Positions 38,384 to 48,366 of a stretch of 63,092 bases of DNA are shown here, piece after piece. The notes beneath the pieces are model-generated. The model made no database searches. It was not told where the DNA came from and saw nothing but the letters and a program-made list of their open reading frames with translations. A program made the translations under genes and the position numbers. This DNA is from Clostridiales bacterium. GTDB taxonomy: Bacteria; Bacillota; Clostridia; Peptostreptococcales; NVVX01. The first letter of the stretch is position 1, and each line of letters starts with the position of its first letter. Location of the stretch: the NCBI GenBank assembly GCA_021129775.1, contig JAJOKP010000043.1:1-63092 (forward strand), in the 5' to 3' direction.

Positions 38384-38598
38384 TCCTTTATCTCTGAAAT
38401 ATATAAAATATGTCGAGTTTAGCTAATTAATTATGGGATCACGTTATTTTTAAGTTCATATCAATAAATGCTATAGTCGTCCGTTGCCAAAGCTTTTCTG
38501 TAATTCAAAATGATTTTATCATTCATTACTTACATTTTAACAATAATGATAAGATTTCGCAAGTGCTATTTATGAATAGTAGAGTAGCAAAATATTTC

Positions 38599-38697
38599 TT
38601 AACAAGCATATTTAACTATTTCCATACGTTTTCTAAGCTTTGTTGGTAAGCATTTTATTTTATTATTCTTTGACATGAATCTACTTATTACATCCAC
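38599..38697 (-). pseudogene. Truncated DUF2087-like gene remnant
   Basis: MDVISRFMSKNNKIKCLPTKLRKRMEIVKYAC* with AGGAG RBS; resembles DUF2087 N-terminal F..G.L..P.K.KKR..IL.Y pattern. Confidence 0.45.
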
Positions 38698-38780
38698 AGT
38701 TACACAACTCCTAGTATTAAATAAATTATAATCCTCTTCATAAGCCAGCCCTATTAGTAGTGTCCCAATCAACGTTATGC

Positions 38781-39235
38781 CTACTTTGTTTTCATCATTA
38801 AATACTCATTAATTCCTTCAACATAAAAATTCGGCAGTTCCCCCACTACCACGTAACCCATTCTTTCATATAGCCTTTTTGCATCGATGTTAAAATCTCC
38901 TACCATCAAGAAACTTTGTTATAATTTTCACATAGTTTACTTTCAAAGAAATTAATTAGCTCTCTACCGTATCCTTTTTCTCTTTGCTTAGGACATACAA
39001 TAATAAGGTGCAAATAAGGATATTTAGAGAAAGTTCCATCCTGTGAATACCAAATAAAACCTACCACTTGATTCTTCTTTAAAGCTAAATATACTCTGTT
39101 TTTCTCTATTGCTTTTTTTAATATCCTCTGCACATCTGTATTAGGAAAGTACAGCTTTACAATTTCTGAATTTCTGATTAATTCGACTATTTCTTCTAAG
39201 TGCATTTCTTGCCCTTTAATTATTTCTATTCTCAT
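38781..39235 (-). pseudogene. GNAT N-acetyltransferase, single -1 frameshift near 38911
   Basis: QREKGYGRELI motif A; second frame continues FLMVGDFNIDAKRLYERMGYVVVGELPNFYVEGINEYLMMKTK*. Confidence 0.8.
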
Positions 39236-39236
39236 T

Positions 39237-39921
39237 TTACATGCTTTCCTTTGTTTTTTCACCTACATAAATAAAATGTTCACACGAAGCCCATGTAATC
39301 GGATTGGTAGACGTTTTGTAAATTATATCAAGCCATTCTTTGTAAGCTTCTTCTGGTAATAGATTTATTTTTTCTTCGCTTTGTGCAACTAATCCTTCAA
39401 CTCCTGTTATTACTTTCTTTTCTAAATCAAACTGGCTCTGGATATTTCTTTATATAGTCAAGCATAGGTGCATATGCAGAAATGAAAGCGACAAAAATTA
39501 AACCACCTGGCTTTAGTTTTTTCATGCATTCTTGTATCACTCTTACTCTATCAGATTCTTCTGTAAAATGATACAGCGGACCCATGCATAAAACAACATC
39601 AAATACTCCCTCCACATCTTCTGAAAGATTTAGCGCATTTCCATGGATAAACTCTTTAATTTCTACACTTGCTTCTTTTGCTTTTTCTTTTCCTAGTTTA
39701 ATATTTTCACTTGATAGATCTAGTAAACTCACTTCATGTCCTTGGTTCGCTAGAAATATTGAATATCTTCCAGGTCCACCTCCAACATCTAAAATTTTAG
39801 ATGAATTATTTATATATTCACTCAAGTACCTCTTTGTAATATGAAACTCTACTTTGTGCCTGTTCAATCTCTCCCACTCATAATTTGCATTCTCATCGTA
39901 AAAATTTTCGACTATGCTCAT
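39237..39921 (-). pseudogene. Class I SAM methyltransferase with frame break near 39430 (likely internal deletion)
   Basis: ILDVGGGPGRY, LCMGPLYH; C-terminal part LEKKVITGVEG...CEHFIYVGEK in another frame. Confidence 0.8.
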
Positions 39922-40240
39922 ATTATCCCAACTTTCTTTTCTGAATATTGCACATTATATATTAGGTATCAGCACTATTATTTCGCTAATTTTCACAATT
40001 TTCTTTCGTTTTTCTATAATGCAATTACCTTTTTTCATAATATACATTCTTTCTACAGACTACATTATTTCTCCTTCAAATTTTTTCAATTGCTTTGTAA
40101 TTGAATTAGCCTTCTATTTTCAAAAAACAGCCATCGTCCCATGTAATTTGGGCTTTTAATTGTTTAGGTTAACAAGGAGATGGGGTTGTTGTCAACTTTA
40201 TGCTTTAAAGACAGCTCCCCTACTAATCCCTACCCCCCAT

Positions 40241-40367
40241 CAGACTGCGTAAAAAGCTAAGCAACGTTAATATTTATGCATAATAACGTCAATATCTCAA
40301 GATAAACATATTAAAAATTCTAAGACATGAATAATAATTCGCAAAAATTTAGTTGTTGCGCAGTCTG
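40241..40367. mobile_element. 127-bp MITE with CAGACTG terminal inverted repeats and 4-bp TSD
   Basis: CCAT|CAGACTGCGTAAAAAGCTAA...TTAGTTGTTGCGCAGTCTG|CCAT. Confidence 0.8.
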
Positions 40368-40436
40368 CCATCCCCATTTGCTTACACTAATAGGTATATT
40401 GACATTGTAGAATAGATAACTGACTCCGAATATTAC

Positions 40437-40961
40437 CTATAATTTTTGATTTCCTTGAAGCGAAGCCTTTATCCTTTCTAATATGTATAGGAGGAGTATA
40501 GTAATAGTAATGAATGTAAATAATAGTATCAAATTAAAATATAAGCCTGCACCACCTCTAGGCTCACAAACTCGAAATATCATTATAATGCAAAAGATTA
40601 CAATTGTTGATGTATATGTAATGCATATTGAATTAAACCTATTCTTCAACACATTTTTATATATATTTTTAAATTTAATATTGGGCAGCCCTTTTAATTT
40701 TTTCATATGCCTTTTTATTTCTGACAATATAGCTTTATAATCCCATATCAGAAAGAATATAAAGATTATTTTTAACCTTATTAATAAATGAGTGTAAGCA
40801 AATCTGCCTACTTTAGGGGTATCCATCCCCGACACCATCATATAACTATTTGCAAAGGTTATCAACGCAAATACACCACATATTTCAGCAAAAACACTTT
40901 CTTCATCAGCAAACCAACGATATATGCTCTTTATTTTTTTGGCAGCATTTTCTATAATCAT
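40437..40961 (-). CDS. Hypothetical 4-TM membrane protein
   Basis: 174-aa ORF, RBS GAGGTG, four hydrophobic segments. Confidence 0.6.
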   Translation of the reverse strand: MIIENAAKKIKSIYRWFADEESVFAEICGVFALITFANSYMMVSGMDTPKVGRFAYTHLLIRLKIIFIFFLIWDYKAILSEIKRHMKKLKGLPNIKFKNIYKNVLKNRFNSICITYTSTIVIFCIIMIFRVCEPRGGAGLYFNLILLFTFITITILLLYILERIKASLQGNQKL

Positions 40962-41017
40962 GTTTTCTTCACCTCTACTAAATTGTTTTCTCGACTAGAG
41001 CTTAAATGATTATGGAA

Positions 41018-41764
41018 CTATTCAACCAGTCCCTCAAGAATTTCTAAACTCTTAAATTTGTACACATTGGTATGTTCTAAAATATATCTTTTTGTTATTT
41101 TACTTAAATCCTCATTTAAAAATTGACTAATTTTAAGTTTTGTGATTTTTTTCATATCTGCATTTAATAAATAGTTTGCTAATCTCATTGTGTGCTTTGA
41201 TACATTCACTGCGCATTTATCTTTACCTACACATTGTTCACAAAGCAAGCCACCTTCTCTATGGCTAAATTTATGGGTAATCATTTCTTCATTTCCGCAT
41301 TCTACGCATGAATTAATATTTGGTTTTAGCCCGGAAAATTCTAAAAACTGTAGTTCAAAGGTTCTAACTATGGTGTTTATCTCAATATTTTTTCTTTTTA
41401 ACATATACAGAGTCTTTCCGAGTAAATTAAACAAACTATTATTTGTTTGGTCTTCTGTTATTACCGCTCCTACTAATTCTAATATATATGATGCATACGA
41501 TAGTTTAAAGATATCTTCTCGCAAAGAATAAAAAATTTCTATTGCATCACACTGATTAACTGTATGCATACTTCTACCTTTGAATATTATAAACTCACTA
41601 TAACTAAAAGGTTGAATTCCTGCTTTAAAAGCGCTCTTAGGTCTTCTTGCTCCCTTTGCTATAGCACTTACTTTTCCAAGTTTTCGCGTAAATATTGTGA
41701 TTATACTATCATACTCTGAGTACTTTATACTCTTTATAACGAAGCCTTCTGTTTTAATTTGCAT
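41018..41764 (-). CDS. recO: DNA repair protein RecO
   Basis: GKVSAIAKGARRPKS, CVECG...GGLLCEQC Zn finger; after era. Confidence 0.95.
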   Translation of the reverse strand: MQIKTEGFVIKSIKYSEYDSIITIFTRKLGKVSAIAKGARRPKSAFKAGIQPFSYSEFIIFKGRSMHTVNQCDAIEIFYSLREDIFKLSYASYILELVGAVITEDQTNNSLFNLLGKTLYMLKRKNIEINTIVRTFELQFLEFSGLKPNINSCVECGNEEMITHKFSHREGGLLCEQCVGKDKCAVNVSKHTMRLANYLLNADMKKITKLKISQFLNEDLSKITKRYILEHTNVYKFKSLEILEGLVE

Positions 41765-41804
41765 ATGTTCTCTCCTGCATTCATCGTATGCTCTTCGTAG
41801 CCAA

Positions 41805-41841
41805 GTGACAGTTGGAGATGGAGACGGAGCATTTTTGTCAC
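41805..41841. repeat. Single REP-like hairpin
   Basis: GTGACA...GGAGACGGAGCATTTT-TGTCAC. Confidence 0.45.
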
Positions 41842-41844
41842 ATG

Positions 41845-42732
41845 TTATTTATATCCAAGTTCTCTCAGTGTAACAGCATTATTCCGCCAATTTTCTTTGA
41901 TTTTCACCCACAGTTCTAGGTATATTTTTGAACCAAGTAAAGATTCAATGTCAATTCTTGCACTTTTACCTATTCCTTTCAGCTTTCTTCCTTCTTTGCC
42001 AATTATAATGCCTTTATGTGATTTTTTTTCGCAAAAAATTGTTGCATGTATATCAATGATCTCTTTGTCTTTTCTTGCTTTCATTAATGTTACTTCAACA
42101 GCAACTCCATGTGGAATTTCTTGTTCTATATAGTTAAGTACTTTTTCTCTTATAATTTCTCCTACTATTACTCTTTCTGGTTGATCTGTTATCATATCTT
42201 CTGGAAAATACTTTGGTCCTTCTTCGAAGTGCATCAATATTTTATCTACAAGTGACGTTAAATTTAAACCTTCCTTAGCCGATATGCCTACGATTTCTGT
42301 AAAAATACCAGAAGCTAAATACTCTTGATACAATATATTAAATCTTTCTTGTGCCATTAAATCGATTTTGTTCATTACTAAAATAATAGGTGTCTTGATA
42401 ACTTCAAGTTGTTGCATAATAAATCTATCGCCTGGTCCTATTTTACTACTATCGTCAACTACAAATAATATAACGTCAACTTCTCTTAAAGTTTGAATAG
42501 CAGTCTTTACCATAAAATCACCTAGTTTGTGCTTAGGTCTGTGTATTCCAGGTGTATCTAAGAAAATTATTTGTGACTTTTCATCAGTGTAAATGCATTG
42601 TATTCTATTTCTTGTAGTCTGCGTTTTGTCAGAGACAATCGCTATTTTTTCACCAATTAATTTATTCATTAATGTAGATTTTCCTACATTAGGTCTTCCT
42701 ATAATTGAAACAAATCCCGATTTGAACTCCAT
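41845..42732 (-). CDS. era: GTPase Era
   Basis: GRPNVGKST, QTTR, DTPG, NKID, KH domain. Confidence 0.98.
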   Translation of the reverse strand: MEFKSGFVSIIGRPNVGKSTLMNKLIGEKIAIVSDKTQTTRNRIQCIYTDEKSQIIFLDTPGIHRPKHKLGDFMVKTAIQTLREVDVILFVVDDSSKIGPGDRFIMQQLEVIKTPIILVMNKIDLMAQERFNILYQEYLASGIFTEIVGISAKEGLNLTSLVDKILMHFEEGPKYFPEDMITDQPERVIVGEIIREKVLNYIEQEIPHGVAVEVTLMKARKDKEIIDIHATIFCEKKSHKGIIIGKEGRKLKGIGKSARIDIESLLGSKIYLELWVKIKENWRNNAVTLRELGYK

Positions 42733-42733
42733 T

Positions 42734-43147
42734 TTACTTCCCTCCATTACTACTATCATTCAAATCACTCGGAGCAAAAGAAAATGGAATGATTTCGTCA
42801 AGCGTATATTCTTTGTAGTTAGTTTCTGATGTTGCAACTATAATTTTCATCTCCCTAGCAAATTCAAGAAACACTTGCCTACAAATTCCGCAGGGGAAAG
42901 TAATGCTATTTAAGTCGCCTACTATTGCTATTGCAAGTATTTTTCTCTCTCCTTCTGAAACTGCCTTAAATATTGCAGTTCGCTCAGCACAATTTGTTGC
43001 ACCATAAGAAGCTGACTCTACATTACAACCTGTATATATTTTTCCTGAATCCATTAATACAGCTGCCCCAACAGGAAAGTTAGAATACGGAACATATGCG
43101 TTTTTTCTAGCTTCTATAGCCATATTTATTAATTCTTTCTTATCCAT
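42734..43147 (-). CDS. cdd: Cytidine deaminase
   Basis: AYVPYSNF.VGAA, CAER, PCGICRQ. Confidence 0.97.
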   Translation of the reverse strand: MDKKELINMAIEARKNAYVPYSNFPVGAAVLMDSGKIYTGCNVESASYGATNCAERTAIFKAVSEGERKILAIAIVGDLNSITFPCGICRQVFLEFAREMKIIVATSETNYKEYTLDEIIPFSFAPSDLNDSSNGGK

Positions 43148-43170
43148 TTTTCGCCTCCAAAATATTTAGT

Positions 43171-44316
43171 CTACTGAAGCTCAATTTCACCATTTCTAGG
43201 GAATACACAAATCCAAGTTTTTCCTCTGTTAATTTCAAGAATCCTTCCATCAATGTCTTTAAATATATACGGAGAGTGATGCGATTTTCTGCTCCATGTT
43301 ATTGGAATTGCTTTTCCATTCGTTATATATTTTCCTGCCCCACTAGTAATTAAGTTCATATCTCTTCTAAACGCCTCATCGCCCCGAATCTCCCATATAT
43401 CCGTATAAAGAATGAAAATATTTTTGACTGCTAGTTGCTTACCATTATACTCATCAATGTGTGGCTTGCCAAATTGATACCTTAAATATAAATTTGTAAC
43501 TGAATCAAAGTGGAATTCTGGAATATATTCTTTTGAAAAACGAATTGTCACTTTTTCGGCTTTGGTCCCAGTTGGAAACCATTCTTCTTTGCTAAAAACA
43601 AACATGGGTGAATAAGTTTCTTTTAACTTTATGCGATATCCAACAGCATCCCACGCTTTTAGTATTCTTCTGGCATTAGTGTATAAACTATGCTCAAACA
43701 TTCCCCTTTGTCTCTTTCTAGTTGAATCTCTCCAAGATAAAGCTTGCTCTAAATGCGACAAAGAGTTTAAGTTAGCTAGTTTTAGATTCTTTATAGCAGA
43801 TGCAGCTAATGGGCTCACTCCATGATGTACAAATACTGCATCATGATTTAATGCAAAGTCAATAAAATAGTGCCTCGCACTACGTAACGGTCCAATTTTT
43901 TCCGCATCAAATTCTTTAAATAGTGCAATCAATCTAGTTATTTCTCCTTCCGCTAAAGTCTCGTAAATAATATCTGCTTGAGATATTCCGCTTTGCGGAA
44001 GTGCTTTTTTAATGTTATTTATTACTACCGCCACTGGTCTTCTAATTGCAATTTCTTCATCTATCCACAAACCAGTTAACGAGTTGATTTCTTTTCCTGC
44101 TAGACTCTCTATTTCTTTTTCGGCTCCCTCTTCGCCGTCTCCATTAGTTGGTACTCCTTCAACATTTTCTGAGCCAATCAAGGCAATGTTGTTTTCAGCT
44201 TCTATTTTTGTCTTTTCACCACTATCATAAAAAAACTCTTCCTGTTTACATCCCATAATACCAAGCAAAAGTGTAAAAAGAAGCAGTACTAGCAAAACTT
44301 TTTTGACGTGTCCCAC
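43171..44316 (-). CDS. DUF3048 family lipoprotein
   Basis: Lipobox IMGC; RPVAVVINN..ALPQSGI..ADIIYE..EG.ITR, GPLRSAR, GKTWI. Confidence 0.85.
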   Translation of the reverse strand: MGHVKKVLLVLLLFTLLLGIMGCKQEEFFYDSGEKTKIEAENNIALIGSENVEGVPTNGDGEEGAEKEIESLAGKEINSLTGLWIDEEIAIRRPVAVVINNIKKALPQSGISQADIIYETLAEGEITRLIALFKEFDAEKIGPLRSARHYFIDFALNHDAVFVHHGVSPLAASAIKNLKLANLNSLSHLEQALSWRDSTRKRQRGMFEHSLYTNARRILKAWDAVGYRIKLKETYSPMFVFSKEEWFPTGTKAEKVTIRFSKEYIPEFHFDSVTNLYLRYQFGKPHIDEYNGKQLAVKNIFILYTDIWEIRGDEAFRRDMNLITSGAGKYITNGKAIPITWSRKSHHSPYIFKDIDGRILEINRGKTWICVFPRNGEIELQ

Positions 44317-44319
44317 TTA

Positions 44320-44943
44320 TTAGCTCTTCCTTTCTGTTTTTTTAACGTTTGTAAAGATTTCTAATGGTTTTACAATTCCACCCGAAACAACCAGTTTAAT
44401 AGCATCTTCAACTGATATCTTTAGAGATATTGTATCCTTTTTAGGTAGCATAATGTATAGTCCCGAAGTAGGATTGGGTGTAGTCGGTATAAATAAACTA
44501 ACTATTTCTTCTCCTAATATTTCCTCAACTTCTAATAGTCCCGCAGAAGTTACAAAAGCTATCATATAAATCCCTTTCGATGGATATTCGACTAAAACGG
44601 CTTCTCTAAAGCTAGTTTTCTTGCTTCCATATATTGTTTCAGTTAATTGCTTTATTGAGTAGTATATTGTTCGAACTAAAGGAATCCTTCCAAATACAAA
44701 CTCAGGTATAGAACTTGCATTTTTCCAGCTTAAGCGTCTTGCAGCAAATCCCGCACCAAAGACTAAGAGCAACGTGATAAATACACCGAGTCCATATATT
44801 TGGAATCCAATTAGCAGTTCTAGTGGTTTTCTAAAAATAACATCAACCCTATTAAGTATCCATATAATTAGGATTAAAGTTAAGGTTGTAGGCAACAACA
44901 CCACTAAGCCAGTCAATAATGTAGTTCTTATATCTTTCCACAT
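44320..44943 (-). CDS. DUF502 membrane protein
   Basis: RIPLVRTIY, VLVEYP, FIPTTPNPTSG. Confidence 0.9.
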   Translation of the reverse strand: MWKDIRTTLLTGLVVLLPTTLTLILIIWILNRVDVIFRKPLELLIGFQIYGLGVFITLLLVFGAGFAARRLSWKNASSIPEFVFGRIPLVRTIYYSIKQLTETIYGSKKTSFREAVLVEYPSKGIYMIAFVTSAGLLEVEEILGEEIVSLFIPTTPNPTSGLYIMLPKKDTISLKISVEDAIKLVVSGGIVKPLEIFTNVKKTERKS

Positions 44944-44962
44944 ACGATCATCCCTCTCTAAG

Positions 44963-44992
44963 GTGACAACAGGGACGAGGTTGTTTTGTCAC
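44963..44992. repeat. Single GGGAC-loop REP-like hairpin
   Basis: GTGACAACAGGGACGAGGTTGTTTTGTCAC. Confidence 0.55.
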
Positions 44993-45073
44993 ACTTGCAT
45001 CCCCAATGTTACCCCTAATTAAATGACATTAGCACTATTTGTGCGGTAACAAGCATTCATTTTTCTTCGTTAA

Positions 45074-45772
45074 TCAAGAAAATAGTCTAAACAAAATTAT
45101 TGTAATTAGTATACCTAAAATCCCACCAACAATAACTTCAAGTAAGCTATGTATCTTAGTTTCTATCCTGCTTTGTGAAACAAGCAATGCCATTAAAACC
45201 GCCATTGTAGTTATGAATGCATCTCCTGAAACAAAAGCAATTGAAGTTGCCAAGGAAAAAGATACCGATGCATGTCCACTTGGCATTCCACCACGAAAAG
45301 CTGTCCCCTCTTTAAACTGCGCTTTTAGTATTATCGTAATAATCACTACAATAATTAATGTTATAAACGAAATATGTGTTGGGACTTGTTTAACATATTC
45401 AAGCACTCTCAAAGCATATGGATTTATTTTTCTGAAAAATAAGAAATAGGCTACAACTATTGCATTTAACGATGAAATTAATACAGCTCCTGCGGCAACA
45501 TTTTTTGCAATTTTTGCAAATTCATGGTAGTCGTCAGTTATTAAGTCTATAGTTTTCTCAATTGCAGTGTTAATCATCTCTGTAATAACAACTAAAGATA
45601 TCGTCAGAAACAATATTATTACTTCGTATTTAGTCAAATCAAAGAAAAGAGTCACAAATAATATTATTGCAGCTATAACGAAGTGAATTTTCATATTCTT
45701 TTGCGTTTTAATAGAATACAATATTCCTTCCACTGCGCAATTAAAGCTATCAATCATTTTTCTTATTCTCAT
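45074..45772 (-). CDS. dgkA: Undecaprenol/diacylglycerol kinase with C-terminal PAP2-like domain
   Basis: EMINTAIE, AKNVAAGAV; GGMPSGH...SRI..KIH. Confidence 0.9.
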   Translation of the reverse strand: MRIRKMIDSFNCAVEGILYSIKTQKNMKIHFVIAAIILFVTLFFDLTKYEVIILFLTISLVVITEMINTAIEKTIDLITDDYHEFAKIAKNVAAGAVLISSLNAIVVAYFLFFRKINPYALRVLEYVKQVPTHISFITLIIVVIITIILKAQFKEGTAFRGGMPSGHASVSFSLATSIAFVSGDAFITTMAVLMALLVSQSRIETKIHSLLEVIVGGILGILITIILFRLFS

Positions 45773-45786
45773 TTATTTTACTCCAT

Positions 45787-46251
45787 TCATTCTCTTTTTA
45801 ACCCTATCAAATTCAAAACCTCTTCCTCTTTAACCCTCATTTCTTTTTTGCAAGCCTTATTTTCATGATTGTAGCCCATTAAATGAAACATACTATGGAC
45901 TGTTAAAAAAGCAATCTCTCTGTGTACACTATGCCCATATTCGTTTGCTTGTTCTATCGCTTTCTCTGTAGAAATTACTATATCACCCAACAATCTCTCT
46001 TCTTGGTACAGAGAACCATTCCCTGTACCATTATTCATTGGGAAAGACAATACATCCGTCGCACCTTGCTTATCTCTATACCTATAGTTTAATTCACTAA
46101 TCTCTATATTATCAACAAATGATAAACTTACTTCATACTTAATATCGCACTTTTCAATATTAAAACATGCAGTCACAGTTTTTTCTAGTATCTCAAGTAA
46201 TTCGTCATCAATAGTTAATGCATCTTGCCTATTATCAACTACTAAGCTCAA
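45787..46251 (-). CDS. ybeY: rRNA maturation endonuclease YbeY
   Basis: ATDVLSF, LGDIVIS, HSMFHLMGYNH; TTG start. Confidence 0.95.
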   Translation of the reverse strand: MSLVVDNRQDALTIDDELLEILEKTVTACFNIEKCDIKYEVSLSFVDNIEISELNYRYRDKQGATDVLSFPMNNGTGNGSLYQEERLLGDIVISTEKAIEQANEYGHSVHREIAFLTVHSMFHLMGYNHENKACKKEMRVKEEEVLNLIGLKRE

Positions 46252-48346
46252 GTGATTTTCTTCCTTTCGATTCAATTTTTTTATTGTCAGGGTACTCGAT
46301 TCTCTCATGGAAAGTGCCCATTATCGTTTTAACAAATATTTTTTTTATTATCTCTAATTCCTTCAAAGTCAGATTACATTCTTCCATCTGGCCATCGTCT
46401 AATTTATCTTTAATTATCTTCGTAATAAACTTCTCTATTTTTTCCTCTGTAGGAGAAGATAAACTTCTTATTGCGGCCTCTACAGAATCTGCAAACATCA
46501 CTATTGCAGTTTCTTTTGTTTGTGGCTTAACACCCCAGTATCTAAAACTTTGTTCATCAATTTCTTCTCCATTAGCCATTTCTTTTGCTCTATGATAGAA
46601 ATAATAAACTAAAGTGGTTCCATGATGTTGAATAATAAAATCTTGAATTTCAACAGGTAGTTTATACTTTTTTGCCATTTCCATTCCATCTTTAACATGT
46701 CCTGTTATTATCAATGTGCTTAATGATGGCGATATTTTCTCATGGGGATTTTCTTTTGTCAATTGATTCTCTTTAAAAAAATATGGTCTACTTGTTTTAC
46801 CGATGTCATGATAAAACGAGCCTACTCTAGCTAACAATGCATTAGCTCCAACAGCGTTAGCTGCTGCTTCACTCAAGTTTCCAACAATAATACTATGGTG
46901 ATATGTGCCTGGTGCTTCAATCATGAGTTTTTTTAGCAAAGGATGGTTCTGACTCGAGAGTTCTAGTAGCTTTATTTGCGTAAGAATACCAAATACGCTC
47001 TCCCACAACGGTAGTGAACCAACTGTCAACACCGAGCAAAATACTCCATTTAAAAACGCGAATAGAGCAATCGTTAGTATGTCATACACGCTGGTCATGT
47101 TAATTAATTCAAAACCAATAATAGTAATACTTTGCACTACACCTACTATGAGACCAGATATAAATATCTTACCTCTTTGGTCAGCATTAATAATACTTAA
47201 CACTCCTGCAGTTCCACCTAGTAACGTCATAAAAATTATAGAAACGTTGATATCAGTAACAATACCTACCAAAATAGTTATGCACAAATTAATAACTAAC
47301 GCTAATCGCGCATCAACCAATAACGCAATTAACATAACTGAAGCAGCAATAGGCACTAAATAGATTGAAATCCCCGAAATAGCTCTTGCCATAAACAAAG
47401 TTATTAGGAAAAGTATTATTAATAAAAGTAGTTGACCTATTTTCTTTAATACTCCCTTATTAAATATTCTCATGTACGACACTAATAAGAGTTGCATTAC
47501 TAACACAATCAATAATATGCCAAAGTAAAGCATAAAATCTGCCGTTTTATCACCTTCTAGCAAGCCCAATTCACTTAGAATCACTAAGTCGTTTGCTGAG
47601 ATAAGTTCACCTTCTTTGACAACTGTATCGCCTTCTCTAATTAGTATATCTTCCACTTCATTTTTTGCTTCAATTCTTTTCTGCTCACTAGAAATAATAT
47701 CTAAAAAGTTATTCGGTCTAATAGTTGCGTTTACAACTGAAATTGCAAGTTCCTTATGCATATCACTAAAACCTTCAAACTCTGATATATACTCTCTAAT
47801 ATTATTTTTTTCCACTTGTAGGTCTTGAGTTTTCAACCCATCTCTCAAAAATAAAGCTACAGTTTCGTATATAAAGTTTTCTAGGTATTTCAATTCATCT
47901 AACGGTGATTGTACCGTCAAAGCCAAGATATGAGATGGAATATTTAGTTTGTTCAGCATGACCACTTCTTTTTTTGCAGGTAAATCTAATCCCTCATCTT
48001 TAATTACACTATTAATGAATTCGAAAAAATTCTCTATATCTTTATTAACTGCTGTAAGTACCATTGGGTCGACTTTAAATACCGATTCTGATTCGCTTGC
48101 TGCTTTTTGTTTCAACTGCTCTGTTTCTCTAGTATCAACAATGTCTCTAGTTGCAAGTATATCAATGGGGGCTGCATTTCCGACCTCAAGATTATGCTTT
48201 TGTGGCATAAGTACTAGTACTAAAAACGAAAAAACGCTTGCAAAAAAGAATAAGGCTAATAAGACATGTACTGCTCTTTTGCTCGTGAATATTCTTAAAA
48301 TTGAATCATTCATTAGCCACTTAAAAAAGCTCTTAATTCTTCCCAT
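46235..48346 (-). CDS. pgpH: 7TM-HD c-di-AMP phosphodiesterase PgpH (YqfF)
   Basis: Extracellular 7TMR-HDED, multiple TM, APGTYHHS, YHDIGK, HHGT, ADSVEAA. Confidence 0.9.
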   Translation of the reverse strand: MGRIKSFFKWLMNDSILRIFTSKRAVHVLLALFFFASVFSFLVLVLMPQKHNLEVGNAAPIDILATRDIVDTRETEQLKQKAASESESVFKVDPMVLTAVNKDIENFFEFINSVIKDEGLDLPAKKEVVMLNKLNIPSHILALTVQSPLDELKYLENFIYETVALFLRDGLKTQDLQVEKNNIREYISEFEGFSDMHKELAISVVNATIRPNNFLDIISSEQKRIEAKNEVEDILIREGDTVVKEGELISANDLVILSELGLLEGDKTADFMLYFGILLIVLVMQLLLVSYMRIFNKGVLKKIGQLLLLIILFLITLFMARAISGISIYLVPIAASVMLIALLVDARLALVINLCITILVGIVTDINVSIIFMTLLGGTAGVLSIINADQRGKIFISGLIVGVVQSITIIGFELINMTSVYDILTIALFAFLNGVFCSVLTVGSLPLWESVFGILTQIKLLELSSQNHPLLKKLMIEAPGTYHHSIIVGNLSEAAANAVGANALLARVGSFYHDIGKTSRPYFFKENQLTKENPHEKISPSLSTLIITGHVKDGMEMAKKYKLPVEIQDFIIQHHGTTLVYYFYHRAKEMANGEEIDEQSFRYWGVKPQTKETAIVMFADSVEAAIRSLSSPTEEKIEKFITKIIKDKLDDGQMEECNLTLKELEIIKKIFVKTIMGTFHERIEYPDNKKIESKGRKSLELSS

Positions 48347-48366
48347 AATAGTCCTCCAATAGATTT

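Noticed and set aside
39841-40159. Plus-strand ORFs 39841-40104 and 39914-40159, also 25281-25505 and 49387-49572
   Set aside because: Low-complexity AT-rich intergenic frames overlapping promoters; no supporting features.
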